Assembly (NCBI GenBank): GCA_964598845.1 | Contig: CAZRDM010000010.1 | Span: forward strand, 9,431-73,430 | Source of the DNA: an uncultured Candidatus Bathyarchaeia archaeon | GTDB lineage: Archaea; Thermoproteota; Bathyarchaeia; 40CM-2-53-6 | Reading direction: 5' to 3' | Length of the DNA: 64,000 nucleotides | Shown: in pieces, positions 43,399 to 53,181 of the stretch | How the letters are laid out: the number at the start of each line of letters is the position of its first letter | Numbering within the stretch: position 1 is the stretch's first letter | The notes under the pieces: model-generated | The model's input: the letters and a program-made list of their open reading frames with translations, nothing else | The model's database searches: none | Told to the model about the DNA's origin: nothing | Made by a program: the position numbers and the translations under genes

Positions 43399-44271
43399 TT
43401 GTCGACACAGCCGGAAGTCATGATTCAGCGTATTGAGGAGCTTGTTCGAAGACGATTGACAACGGACAGAAGGATGAGTTACGGATGGTTGATTGTCCCT
43501 CTTCTTCCAATTCTAGTGGGAATAGCGCTTGCCGCGTCTCTAGTGCGGGTAATCATTTCCCTAGTCCCCGAATTCAGCAGCTTTGAACAGCCTCAAGAAG
43601 CATCGCGCCTATTCGGGGAAATTTTCGTGCTTTATGGAGTAGCGATCATGTCGCTATTCCTTGTACTTTTGCTGGGCGCATTTGCACTTTACAACCTTCT
43701 CGATCGAAGAAATGCCCATTTCAGGAGACAGCAACAGCTCTTCGTTACCCTCGCAAAGTATCTTGCAACCAAGGCCGGAGTAAGTTCAAGTTCGAAGCTG
43801 ACGCTGATAGCCGAGGACTCCGTCTTCGAGGAGCAAGAGAGACCAGCCGGGCTTTGGTCAATACTGTATGTTTTCGTTACACCAATCATCGGTCTTGTAG
43901 TTGCTTACAACCTTACACAAGACCTGCGCAAGCACGAGGAACGACAGTCAAACTATTACCAAGTCCTCCTAGGCACTCTCGGCGAGATAGGCATTACAGC
44001 CACCCCGATGTCCCTGTACAAGTCGCACAAGAGGGATCCACTGTTGTACATAATACTGACAGCCATCACAGGTGGGATTTTCTGGATATACTGGTTCTAC
44101 ACGCTTCTCAAAGACTACAACGAACACTTCGCGGACCATTCGTCCTTCGAAGAGCAACTTCTTGCCGCGCTCAAACCAACAACGCCGCCGAGGGTCTGCG
44201 CGGCATGCGGGGGCTCAGTACCTGAGAACGCAAGATTCTGTCCATACTGTGGGGCCGCACAAAGAAGCTAG
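43399..44271 (+). CDS. Membrane protein (DUF4234-like segment) with C-terminal zinc-ribbon
   Basis: Several TM segments, LLYIILTAITGGIFWIYWFY (DUF4234-like), and a C-terminal CAACG...RFCPYCG. Confidence 0.65.
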   Translation: MSTQPEVMIQRIEELVRRRLTTDRRMSYGWLIVPLLPILVGIALAASLVRVIISLVPEFSSFEQPQEASRLFGEIFVLYGVAIMSLFLVLLLGAFALYNLLDRRNAHFRRQQQLFVTLAKYLATKAGVSSSSKLTLIAEDSVFEEQERPAGLWSILYVFVTPIIGLVVAYNLTQDLRKHEERQSNYYQVLLGTLGEIGITATPMSLYKSHKRDPLLYIILTAITGGIFWIYWFYTLLKDYNEHFADHSSFEEQLLAALKPTTPPRVCAACGGSVPENARFCPYCGAAQRS

Positions 44272-44281
44272 GGTGACTTCG

Positions 44282-44914
44282 ATGAGATTTCCCTCGAAGA
44301 TAGGTTTCGTGTTTAAGCGCAACAAACTGTTGATCGGAGTGATTGCCCTCACATTTGTGTCTATTATGACCGTCTCAACGGTAGTCGCCTATGTGATCTT
44401 CCTAACGTCTCCCGACCTGGTTAGCGGGCTTCGAGATATCTTCGGAACAGCCAAAGGATATCTTGCTCCGCCTCCTCCATACACGAATGAACTCTACCGA
44501 CTCATTTTCCTGAACAACATAGGTCATTTCTGGAACCCGCTTCGCGCACTGGTTTGGCTACCCTTTGTCGGCGCCTACAGCTTGGGTTACGAACTGCTTC
44601 TGAACGCGATCCTAATCGGAGGCGTAGCATCTTTCACCACTCTGACTAGGGGGGCCGTCTACACCGTCGCGGGATTGACCCCACACGGGATAATTGAGAT
44701 CCCAGCATTCATCCTAGAATTTGCTGGGTTGGCGCGGTGGCATGTTACCACCACAAAAGCGATTTACGCAAAATTGAGCGGCCGGAATGTTGACCGACCG
44801 CTACTTCTAGAGGGAATAAAGGATACTATGGTGTTGTCGCTGTTCTCAGTTGTGTTGTTTGCCGTGGCGGCATACATTGAGGCGTTCGTTACTCCACGTT
44901 TCTTGGGACTTTAG
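44282..44914 (+). CDS. SpoIIM/DUF95-family membrane protein
   Basis: The PHGIIEIPAFILEFAG motif and multiple TM segments. The ATG at 44282 avoids overlap with the upstream gene. Confidence 0.7.
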   Translation: MRFPSKIGFVFKRNKLLIGVIALTFVSIMTVSTVVAYVIFLTSPDLVSGLRDIFGTAKGYLAPPPPYTNELYRLIFLNNIGHFWNPLRALVWLPFVGAYSLGYELLLNAILIGGVASFTTLTRGAVYTVAGLTPHGIIEIPAFILEFAGLARWHVTTTKAIYAKLSGRNVDRPLLLEGIKDTMVLSLFSVVLFAVAAYIEAFVTPRFLGL

Positions 44915-45654
44915 GCGAATTCGTAAGTGACTTGAACTGTGGCAGTAATCTCGACCGTACCGGGCTGGATCGGTGTAGCAGGGACTGCCTGGGCTAGCTT
45001 CTCGAAAGTTGGCTGGAATGTGTAACCTGGTGTCACGGAGATGGGCCCGACCATCTTGACTCCAAGACTTGTGGTCATCGCCTTTGCTTTGGCATCAGCA
45101 TCTTGAATCGCCAGTTGCAGAGCTTGACTTTGGAGTGTCGCCAATGTCGAAGTTGAAAGCGTGAAGATTACTCCCTGTACTTCGTTCGCTCCCGCCATCA
45201 GTGCAACATCCAAGACCTTTCCTACTGAAGCCAAGTCTGTTAACGTGACTTGTATTGCATTGCGAGCTACGTATCCTAGAATTCTCGGCGGAGTAGTCTG
45301 ATCGGGTTTACTTTCGTATATTGGAGTCAAGGAGTACGATGAGGTTTCTATGGAGTCCTTGCCGATCCCAGCATTGACAAGCGCTTCCATGACCTTGGAC
45401 ATGATAGCCGCATTGTCACTGGTCGCCTGAGTTGCTGATGCTGCCTGTGTCTGAACAGCGAGGAGTAAGACGGCTTCATCTGGGTTTGCTGATACCGTAC
45501 CTACACCGGTAACTTGAAGCGTCTTCGTTATCGGAGTCGGAGGGATGACTTGTGGCCCTAGTGGTCTCGTCAGGGTTATGGCGCTGATAAGAACCATTGC
45601 TACTATTGCAATGGCAGCGAGATAGTAGATTCTTCGTGCCGCAATTTCACTCAT
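44911..45654 (-). CDS. SIMPL/DUF541-domain protein with N-terminal TM
   Basis: N-terminal TM followed by a typical DUF541 pattern (LQVTGVGTVSANPDEAVLLLAV...SYSLTPIY). Confidence 0.7.
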   Translation of the reverse strand: MSEIAARRIYYLAAIAIVAMVLISAITLTRPLGPQVIPPTPITKTLQVTGVGTVSANPDEAVLLLAVQTQAASATQATSDNAAIMSKVMEALVNAGIGKDSIETSSYSLTPIYESKPDQTTPPRILGYVARNAIQVTLTDLASVGKVLDVALMAGANEVQGVIFTLSTSTLATLQSQALQLAIQDADAKAKAMTTSLGVKMVGPISVTPGYTFQPTFEKLAQAVPATPIQPGTVEITATVQVTYEFA

Positions 45655-45683
45655 TCAAAGCACCTCCCTTTTTCCTGGATGAT

Positions 45684-45834
45684 TGGTGAAGGAACACTCC
45701 CTGCCATAACCTCATGGTTTTGAACATGGCGTTCATGTTTTAGAACACCCGAGGGGACACTCGCTGCAAAGTCCCCTAACGCTGGGGGAGAGGATATTTA
45801 ATGGACAGGGATATGGTGAAAGGACACCCCTCCG
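45684..45834. promoter_or_regulatory. Repeated GGAACAC/GGACAC-type boxes in a divergent intergenic region
   Basis: TGGTGAAGGAACACTCCCTGCC (45684-45705), AGAACACCCGAGGGGACACTCGCT (45742-45765) and TGGTGAAAGGACACCCCTCCG (45814-45834). An AACATG-N5-CATGTT inverted repeat lies at about 45723-45739. Confidence 0.35.
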
Positions 45835-45911
45835 TTGTCGTTTTCGTTACACTTGGCAGCTGAAATTTTATCTGGCCAGAGGCGAGGTAGGCGTCGAATT
45901 CGTGGTCGCAC

Positions 45912-46343
45912 TTGTTCAAACTCTTCATAACCAGTCGCGTAATTGACCAGATATCGCGTGACGTGAGTCGACCCTACGAACGTATAGGACTATTGATGGG
46001 TACTTTGGAGAACGGATCGCTTTGGGTCAATGACATAATTCCCGCTGGTGGTGAGATGAGTGAGGTTTCTTGCGTTTTTCCTCCGGAGCGACTTGCGGAG
46101 GTCGCGCACGATATGATCGAGGGGAGGATAGAGGGGCGGATAGTTGGTTGGTATCATTCTCACCCAGGACATGGCTTGTTCCTGTCGCAGACAGATTTAG
46201 ACACACACATGCGCTTCTACCAGTTCTCACCTTACGCGATATCACTGGTTGTTGACCCTAAGTCGCGAGAGTTTGGAATCTGGATTTATGAGAACGGCGT
46301 CGGGGTAGTGCAATTGCCAGCCAATCTTATTCACATCATTTGA
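45912..46343 (+). CDS. JAB1/MPN/Mov34 (JAMM) metalloprotease
   Basis: An E upstream (YERIGLL) followed by WYHSHPGHGLFLSQTD (HxHx7Sx2D JAMM motif). Confidence 0.85.
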   Translation: MFKLFITSRVIDQISRDVSRPYERIGLLMGTLENGSLWVNDIIPAGGEMSEVSCVFPPERLAEVAHDMIEGRIEGRIVGWYHSHPGHGLFLSQTDLDTHMRFYQFSPYAISLVVDPKSREFGIWIYENGVGVVQLPANLIHII

Positions 46344-47022
46344 CCATGCTCTGATCGAGGATCTTGTTCTCCTTCACGATCATCGCATGAAGCTTCCGCA
46401 CCGAGGGAATATTGGAGCCTCTAAGGTTTCTCGTAGTGCTCTTCCAGAGATCCCTCAATATGGTTGGAGGGTATCCTCTGCGGTTGTAGTTGATAACCTG
46501 CAGGAGAATGTCTAGGCCATCGGCGGCATGCACGATCTTTGACTCAATCGTCTTTCTCGCAAGAAACTCGTCTTGAAGGTTTGTGTATTCTCGAACGATA
46601 TCAGAATGCTTTATTGCACGAATCAGATGGTTCCAAGCTGCGCGTTCAAGTTCAGCCTTGATCGCTTCACCCCTCCTTCCCAAGTAATCCAAGTAGGCCT
46701 TACTAATATCAAAGGTCAATGATTCCGAAAGATCGTGCAGGATAGCCATCCTCAGAACACGGACAATATTTACGCGGACACCACGTTTACGCTCAAGGTC
46801 AGTCAAGAGCATTGAAATCGCGCAACTCGAGAACGTGTGATCCGCAACAGACTCGACATCATGCAAGCTCACACCGTGGCTGATCCATCCAGTTCTCGGA
46901 AGTGTCTTCATCTTGGTGATATTCAAAAGGAAATCTAGGAACTTTGATGCCCCCGCTTGGTTCAACGCAGAGACAACAAGGGTTAAGCTTTTGCTACAAT
47001 AGTTATTGCCTTTCCAGCTCAT
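46336..47022 (-). CDS. HD-domain phosphohydrolase (YfbR-like 5'-nucleotidase type)
   Basis: LPRTGW, ESVADHTF and AILHDLSE motifs. Confidence 0.8.
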   Translation of the reverse strand: MSWKGNNYCSKSLTLVVSALNQAGASKFLDFLLNITKMKTLPRTGWISHGVSLHDVESVADHTFSSCAISMLLTDLERKRGVRVNIVRVLRMAILHDLSESLTFDISKAYLDYLGRRGEAIKAELERAAWNHLIRAIKHSDIVREYTNLQDEFLARKTIESKIVHAADGLDILLQVINYNRRGYPPTILRDLWKSTTRNLRGSNIPSVRKLHAMIVKENKILDQSMVK

Positions 47023-47445
47023 CTTGAGGCGCTATGCAATTACGTTTCGAGGCCAGCCCTATTCTATCGGATCATATTCTCATGACAGTGGTTCAAACGT
47101 AGGCTTTGCGAACTCCACTTAGGCGGACTGACGTGCTCGCTTAGCCGTATATGGCGAAGCTTTCTCTGCGATTCTGGCATACATGCGGGTCCTTGTCGGT
47201 TGCTAGGGAGAGCGCTTGAGTGGTTCGATTCACGCATTGATAAGATACTAGGTATTTTCTAGGCGAGTGCCTTGCCGCAGAATGGACAGAATGTGCGAAT
47301 CTGACCTTTGCAGCCAAGATAACTCGGGTAGTATGCCGAAGCAATGTTTCCTGATACGAGTTATATCTTTGGCAGATTCGTACTTATTCAAAGGAACTGA
47401 TTGAGCGGTCCCAGTTCATGTCCGCAAGCGCTAGGCTACTACCTG

Positions 47446-47940
47446 TCAAGGAATATCCGTGATACCGCAGTCCACATCGAAATCTGGATGCCAATTGATC
47501 CGATCTTGATCCTCAACTTGTTTCGGAACTAGGTTGCAGCCGTACTTCGTGTTGGCGATTAGCGATGTGAAGTTAACTTTGAACAGAGCCCGAGCTGTGG
47601 ACGGCAGGAGCGTGGATAGGGCGAAAGCTGCAACTACCAGCGCTGAGATGTCGGAGACGGGTTTACCTCTTGTCAGAACAGTCAAGCCTGGGGCGGATGC
47701 TTTCTCGAAGATCTTCTCTTGGCTGTTGTCCTCGTAGGTTGCGATCAATGGCATTTTGAAGTTGACCGCGCCAGCGCACAAGACGCTTGCGGGAATAGTG
47801 GTTCCGTCCGGAAGCATGATCTGCCTGTTGCTGTCGAAGATGTAGGGTGCGCCAGAGAAGATTCTGCGCAAACTTTCCGTGCCCCTTGTGAGAGTGATGC
47901 CTACTGCAATCACTATGACTGCGATCAGAAAGAACGCCAA
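47446..47940 (-). CDS. Hypothetical protein with N-terminal TM/signal anchor
   Basis: A 164-aa ORF with a hydrophobic N-terminus. I recognise no family. Confidence 0.45.
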   Translation of the reverse strand: MAFFLIAVIVIAVGITLTRGTESLRRIFSGAPYIFDSNRQIMLPDGTTIPASVLCAGAVNFKMPLIATYEDNSQEKIFEKASAPGLTVLTRGKPVSDISALVVAAFALSTLLPSTARALFKVNFTSLIANTKYGCNLVPKQVEDQDRINWHPDFDVDCGITDIP

Positions 47941-48417
47941 CCTTTCGGCATCTTGTACATCCAGTCAGCTCGGAAGAAAGAAAGCAGCATTTTTCCTGTG
48001 ATCTGAGATGGGTACACGAGCTGTTCTTCTGCTGGCGGCCTTGTACATCGTTCTCGTGGTTCTCACAGCCTTCAGGATTCCGGGTGGAATCTGGGGAGTG
48101 GTTAGGTCGGGGGATTCATTCTGGGACTTGTGGGAGCAGCCATAGCGATTAGGGCTGAGGTTAGGCTCTGGCAGGAACGCCCAGCCGCTTAGGCAAAGCT
48201 CGGCTCTGTCGGCGGCACCACATCGAGGCTGATGATCGCCTAGCGCTGCTTGCTGCGAACCGTTTTGATATCATATATGCGCGCGCCAAATGGTCGCAAC
48301 CCGGCCGTCAGCAACCACGTAATCCAAACTTCGCGGGGATCGTTACTACAGAGTCCTGTTGCTGGTGACAAACTGAGTACATGCTTGAATTCCCTGACTC
48401 CGTGTAGGCATGATTCC

Positions 48418-48579
48418 ATGGAAGTCGTCGGCAAGTCCAGCATCACCGGGAAATTTCAAGTGACGCTCCCGAAATCCGTAAGAGAATACCTCAGGGCTGA
48501 TAACGGCGACCTATTGGTCTTCATCAAAGACCACGATAAGATTGTGGTAAAGAGAGGCACAGTGAAGATCGAAGAATGA
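48418..48579 (+). CDS. AbrB/MazE/SpoVT-type DNA-binding domain protein
   Basis: GKFQVTLPKSVREYLRADNGDLLVFIKDHDKIVVKR is a swapped-hairpin AbrB-type motif. The ATG at 48418 is preferred over the long tracked ORF. Confidence 0.7.
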   Translation: MEVVGKSSITGKFQVTLPKSVREYLRADNGDLLVFIKDHDKIVVKRGTVKIEE

Positions 48580-48627
48580 ATCATTCGCTTGGCTCTTGAT
48601 GGAGGCTTTCAAGATTAGCTGATTGAG

Positions 48628-48972
48628 ATGCATCGGCGACGAACGGGTAGAGAGTTCAACGATGTGTTAGTCGAATCCATAGACGAAACCATAGTCGCGC
48701 TATTCAGCCGGAAAGTGGTCGATGCGCTCTTCCTTCACCTACAGACAGTTCACTCTATTACGAAAAATGAGGTCCCCTACCGACTTGAAACACTGTTCTC
48801 TACACTGGAGAGGACATTTGGCCTCTCTAGCTCCAAGATAATCTGCAAAGCGATTGCGAGGAGACTCCATGTCAAACTTGCTTTAGCCTTCTTTGACAAT
48901 CCTGGCCGAACATTTCTCGAATACGTTGAAGAAGCGAAGATCAAGCTAGAAGACAGTAAGATCCAACTCTGA
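48628..48972 (+). CDS. Hypothetical small protein
   Basis: A 114-aa ORF packed between the AbrB-like gene and the kinase gene (gaps of 48 and 17 nt). I cannot assign a family with confidence. Confidence 0.55.
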   Translation: MHRRRTGREFNDVLVESIDETIVALFSRKVVDALFLHLQTVHSITKNEVPYRLETLFSTLERTFGLSSSKIICKAIARRLHVKLALAFFDNPGRTFLEYVEEAKIKLEDSKIQL

Positions 48973-48989
48973 AGAGGAAAGGAAAAGAC

Positions 48990-51900
48990 TTGCCAAGAAG
49001 AAGGAAACTTGGAGGAGTATCATCCAAACCCGCAAAGCCGAAAGTCAGATACAAGAGGACTTCGCAAATCGGCATCACGGAAGGCAGGAGAGCGGATGGC
49101 TTACTGCTTCACGCAGACCTTCTACGAAAGAGCTTCAACAGTGCCAAGGACGCCCTCTTCGTCCTTGACGCCAAGGTTCCCCCCGTCATACTAGAATGCA
49201 ATCAAGCGGCGTCCAAAATCTTTGGATACAACAAGTCTGAGATGGTAGGCAGAACGACGGCTTTTCTTCACGTAAGCAGCGAAAGCCTCAGAAAGTTCCA
49301 AGCTCAACTCTACCCAGCGATTAAGAAGAATGAGTACTTCAGCTTCGACTATCAAATGAAGCGCAAAGATGGCTCCGTGTTCCCCTCGGACCACACGGTG
49401 ACGCCGCTTCTAGACGACCATGGGAAGCGAATAGGCTGGGTTAGTGTTGTAAGAGACTTAACAGAACAGAGGCAGGCGGAGGAGACACTGCGGGAGAGTG
49501 AGGAGAAGTATAGGGCACTAGTAGAGAATTCGCCCAACATGATTGGAATCCTCCAGGATGGGATTCTGAAATACGTTAACAAGACTGGGCTCGAAAGGTT
49601 GGGTTGGAACTACGAAGAGATCACTTCACCTTCCTTTGACCCAATAGAGAATGTGGTTGCTGAGAGATTCAGAAGTCTGGTCAAAGAGAATGTCGGCAGA
49701 AGGCTGCGTGGTGAAGACATTCCACCTTATGAGATAAGCCTAGTCACTAGGGACGGCTCTGAAATCTGCGTAGTGGTTCGAGGGGCAAGAATCACCTACA
49801 AAGGCAGGCCTGCGGACGAGTTCGTCTTCATCGACATTACTGAACGTAAGCAGATGCAGCAAGAGCTCTTAAGGTCTAATCAATTCTTGACGAGCGTCAT
49901 AGAGAATGCGGATGTCTGGCTTGATGTGCTAGACGAGAAAGAACGCGTCCTAATCTGGAACAGGGCTGCAGAAGTTGCGAGCGGCTATTCTCGAGAAGAG
50001 GTCGTGGGACACTGGAAGATATGGGAATGGCTCTACCCAGATCAAGAATACCGAAAGCAGATCACTGAAACTGTCGCCGACATACTGCAACATGGAAGGG
50101 TTGACACGAATGTTGAGACAAAGATCAGGCGGAAGGACGGGGAGACTAGGATAATATCTTGGAACGATCGGGCCCTAACTGACTCGGATGGCAAGGCGAT
50201 CGGGACTATCGCAATCGGGCACGACATTACTGAACTGAGGGAGATGCAAGACGAGCTTGAACGCTACTCCAAGCACCTGAAGGAATCTGAGGAGAAGTTG
50301 AGGGCACTCCATCAACACGCGTTGCAGCTGGGCTCCGCCAGCAATATCGAGGAGATCGCGGAGAGTACACTGGATGCAATCCAATTTGCCCTCGGATTCG
50401 ATGTCGCTGATGTCTACCTCGTTGCCGGAGATTGTCTGCGAGTGAGAGGAACGAGGGGAGCACCAACAGGATTATCTGAAGAACACCTTAACGGACGCGG
50501 CTTGGTGGCGAAAGCTGCGAGAAGCCAGGCAACAATTCGAGTATCGGACACGACCAAAGAACCGGACTATGTTGATAGAAAAGGATGGGATTGGACGGGG
50601 CCTCACACGATGCTTTCGGAGCTTGCCGTACCCGTAGTAGTGGACGCAGAAACTGTTGCCGTCCTGAACGCCGAAAGCATTCGTCTTGATGCCTTCTCTA
50701 GCGAAGACCAGAGACTCCTCGAAACATTGGCGGCTCACGTTGGATCCGAAATGCACCGTCTGAAACGCGGGCAAGAACTTGAGACGTATTCAAAACATCT
50801 TGAGGAGCTTGTGGAAGAACGCACCAAGAGACTTCTCGAGAGTGAGGAAAGATATCGATCCATAGTTCAGAACATTCCAGCCATGGTGTGGACTTCCAGC
50901 GAGAAGGGCGATGCAGTATTCATCACGCCAAATGTGAAAGAACTTCACGGCTATACCCCAGAGGAAGTCTACACTGGTGGCCAGCCCGTCTGGTCCAAGC
51001 ACATACATCCAGATGACAGAGCGAAGTTGAGCGAAGGGTACGAGGCGCTCTTCACTGATGGAAGAGTGTTCGATGTCGAATACAGGTATCAACGACCTGA
51101 TGGCAAGTGGCTGTACTTGAATGATCGGGCTGACTTGGTGTACGAGAAAGACGGGGTAAGATACACGGATGGAGTCACGACGGATATCACCGAACGCAAG
51201 AAGATTGAGACCGCTCTACGTGAGTCCGAGGAGAGGTTCAGAGGAATCGCTGAGAGAAGCGTTGATGGAATCTTCGAGGTTGATCTTGAGGGTCGCTTGA
51301 CTTACGCTTCCCCGGCGGTGGAGAGGATCTTGGGTTACGAGCTCGGGGAAGTGGTTGGGACACTTTTCCACAAGTACCTGTCTACATCGGAGCTTCCGAA
51401 GGCCGCTTCAAGTCTGAGTAGTCTGAGAGACGGAAAGAATGTCGAGGGCGTAGAGTTTTGTGCTCTGAAGAGAGACGGGTCTCAGGTTTTCGTTGAGATC
51501 GGCTGCTCTCCAATTGTCACGGGCGCAAAGGTTGTTGGTGCCCAAGGAATCATCAGGGACACAACTGAACGGAGGAAGACGGAGGAGCGTCTTCACCAAG
51601 CTGAGCGGTTTGCTGTGATCGGAGAAACAGCGACAATGGTTGGGCACGACCTCCGTAACCCGTTGCAAGGAATAGCGGGGGCTGCATACAATATAAGAAA
51701 ACAACTACGGAATGCACCTGACCCATCCACGAAAGAGATGCTCGCAGTCATTGACAACGGAGTTGAATACGCAAATGGAATCATCAATGACCTGTTGGAG
51801 TTTTCAAGAGAAATACAACTCCAACGATTCCCCGCTACACCAAGATCAATGGTAACGCAAACGCTCAAAGAAGTTAAGGTCCCAGACAACATCCGAATAG

Positions 51901-52265
51901 ACGATACGACAGTAGATGCTCCAGAGATTCTTGTGGACGAACCGAAGATTAGACGTGCACTTATGAACCTGATCAAGAACGCCATCGATGCGATGCCGGA
52001 AGGAGGAAAATTGTCAGTATCTAGCGTGAATTCAGAGAGCGAAGTGTCGATAACTGTCAGCGATACGGGATCTGGAATTGCCCAAGACCAAATGGAGAAG
52101 ATTGGGACGCTGCTCTATACAACCAAGGCGAAGGGGATAGGACTAGGACTGCCAATCTGCAAGCGAATTGTTGAAGCCCATGGGGGCTCAATGTCGGTTG
52201 AGAGCATTGTGGGAAAGGGAACAACCTTCACGCTGAAACTTCCAATCGGAGGTGAACCATCATGA
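48990..52265 (+). CDS. Multi-PAS/GAF sensor histidine kinase
   Basis: About five PAS/PAC units, each ending with a D[IL]TE[RQ]K-like motif. One GAF-like segment. H-box HDLRNPL, N-box LMNLIKNAIDAM, and DTGSGI / GIGLGL G-boxes. Confidence 0.9.
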   Translation: MPRRRKLGGVSSKPAKPKVRYKRTSQIGITEGRRADGLLLHADLLRKSFNSAKDALFVLDAKVPPVILECNQAASKIFGYNKSEMVGRTTAFLHVSSESLRKFQAQLYPAIKKNEYFSFDYQMKRKDGSVFPSDHTVTPLLDDHGKRIGWVSVVRDLTEQRQAEETLRESEEKYRALVENSPNMIGILQDGILKYVNKTGLERLGWNYEEITSPSFDPIENVVAERFRSLVKENVGRRLRGEDIPPYEISLVTRDGSEICVVVRGARITYKGRPADEFVFIDITERKQMQQELLRSNQFLTSVIENADVWLDVLDEKERVLIWNRAAEVASGYSREEVVGHWKIWEWLYPDQEYRKQITETVADILQHGRVDTNVETKIRRKDGETRIISWNDRALTDSDGKAIGTIAIGHDITELREMQDELERYSKHLKESEEKLRALHQHALQLGSASNIEEIAESTLDAIQFALGFDVADVYLVAGDCLRVRGTRGAPTGLSEEHLNGRGLVAKAARSQATIRVSDTTKEPDYVDRKGWDWTGPHTMLSELAVPVVVDAETVAVLNAESIRLDAFSSEDQRLLETLAAHVGSEMHRLKRGQELETYSKHLEELVEERTKRLLESEERYRSIVQNIPAMVWTSSEKGDAVFITPNVKELHGYTPEEVYTGGQPVWSKHIHPDDRAKLSEGYEALFTDGRVFDVEYRYQRPDGKWLYLNDRADLVYEKDGVRYTDGVTTDITERKKIETALRESEERFRGIAERSVDGIFEVDLEGRLTYASPAVERILGYELGEVVGTLFHKYLSTSELPKAASSLSSLRDGKNVEGVEFCALKRDGSQVFVEIGCSPIVTGAKVVGAQGIIRDTTERRKTEERLHQAERFAVIGETATMVGHDLRNPLQGIAGAAYNIRKQLRNAPDPSTKEMLAVIDNGVEYANGIINDLLEFSREIQLQRFPATPRSMVTQTLKEVKVPDNIRIDDTTVDAPEILVDEPKIRRALMNLIKNAIDAMPEGGKLSVSSVNSESEVSITVSDTGSGIAQDQMEKIGTLLYTTKAKGIGLGLPICKRIVEAHGGSMSVESIVGKGTTFTLKLPIGGEPS

Positions 52266-52744
52266 GTGAAGACGAAAAAGGCAGAATACTTGTCATAGAC
52301 GACGATGAGGGAATACGTAAAGTCGTCAGTGCGGCATTGAAAAGTGAGGGTTACCTAGTGGACACAGCGAGCAATGCGAAGGAAGCCATTGAGAAATCCC
52401 AGACCAACTTCTACAACCTGGCGCTCATAGATATCCGCCTACCAGACATGGACGGCACAGAACTTCTGACCGCCATGAAGGAAACAACCCCAGAGATGAT
52501 GAAGATCATTCTTACCGGCTACCCGGCACTACAGAACGCCGTAGAAGCAGTAAACAAAGGCGCCCACGCCTATTTGGTAAAGCCAGTCAACATGGACGAA
52601 CTGCTTCGAACAGTCGAAGAGCATCTGAAAAAACAAAGCGAACTGAAGGAATATGGCCAGGAAAGGCTAGCTCAATTCGTGGAGACACGTTTCAAACAAC
52701 TGCAAACAGAACTCGACACCCCAAAGACGACGAACAAAGAGTAA
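52262..52744 (+). CDS. Response regulator, receiver domain only plus short C-terminal helix
   Basis: ILVIDDDE, DIRLPDMDG and a conserved K (YLVKP). It is coupled to the kinase gene by an ATGA overlap. Confidence 0.9.
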   Translation: MSEDEKGRILVIDDDEGIRKVVSAALKSEGYLVDTASNAKEAIEKSQTNFYNLALIDIRLPDMDGTELLTAMKETTPEMMKIILTGYPALQNAVEAVNKGAHAYLVKPVNMDELLRTVEEHLKKQSELKEYGQERLAQFVETRFKQLQTELDTPKTTNKE

Positions 52745-52786
52745 CTCCAACGACAATGCTGCATTTCAGCCCCGTTGGGTCCAACT

Positions 52787-53095
52787 CTAGCCTCCATTCA
52801 ACGAACGGGAACAATTTGGTTCTTGATCTTTGATCTTGCCGTTCACATGCACATCGGTCTCGTAGAACTCTAACAAGGATCTGAGGGCAGCTCGCATGTG
52901 GAATGCTGCTGAAAGACTCTTCTGAGCGAGGGGCGCCAATCTGCCTTTGATCTGTATGACGACCTCTAGAGGCTGCTGCAGAGCTGGGTCCATGAAAAGC
53001 TTGGGTGTCTCGTCTTCCAGAAATTCATAAAGGCGTTTGGCATAGTAGCCTTTGGTTGTGGGTTTGATGTCCGATCCGTCTAGCCAACCCTTCAC
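52787..53095 (-). CDS. Hypothetical protein
   Basis: A 102-aa ORF with no secure motif. Confidence 0.35.
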   Translation of the reverse strand: MKGWLDGSDIKPTTKGYYAKRLYEFLEDETPKLFMDPALQQPLEVVIQIKGRLAPLAQKSLSAAFHMRAALRSLLEFYETDVHVNGKIKDQEPNCSRSLNGG

Positions 53096-53181
53096 CTCTA
53101 GGAGTTCCTGGAATCGTTCGATCCGCTCACGCTTTCAGGCTTTGACTTTTGTTCTTGGCGCAGACTTGCTGGGCTAGTTGG

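Noticed and set aside
52787-53095. A 102-aa ORF that loosely resembles an integrase N-terminal SAM-like domain, which would hint at a mobile-element remnant.
   Set aside because: There is no catalytic R-H-R-Y region anywhere nearby, no flanking repeats, and the resemblance is too vague to support the call.
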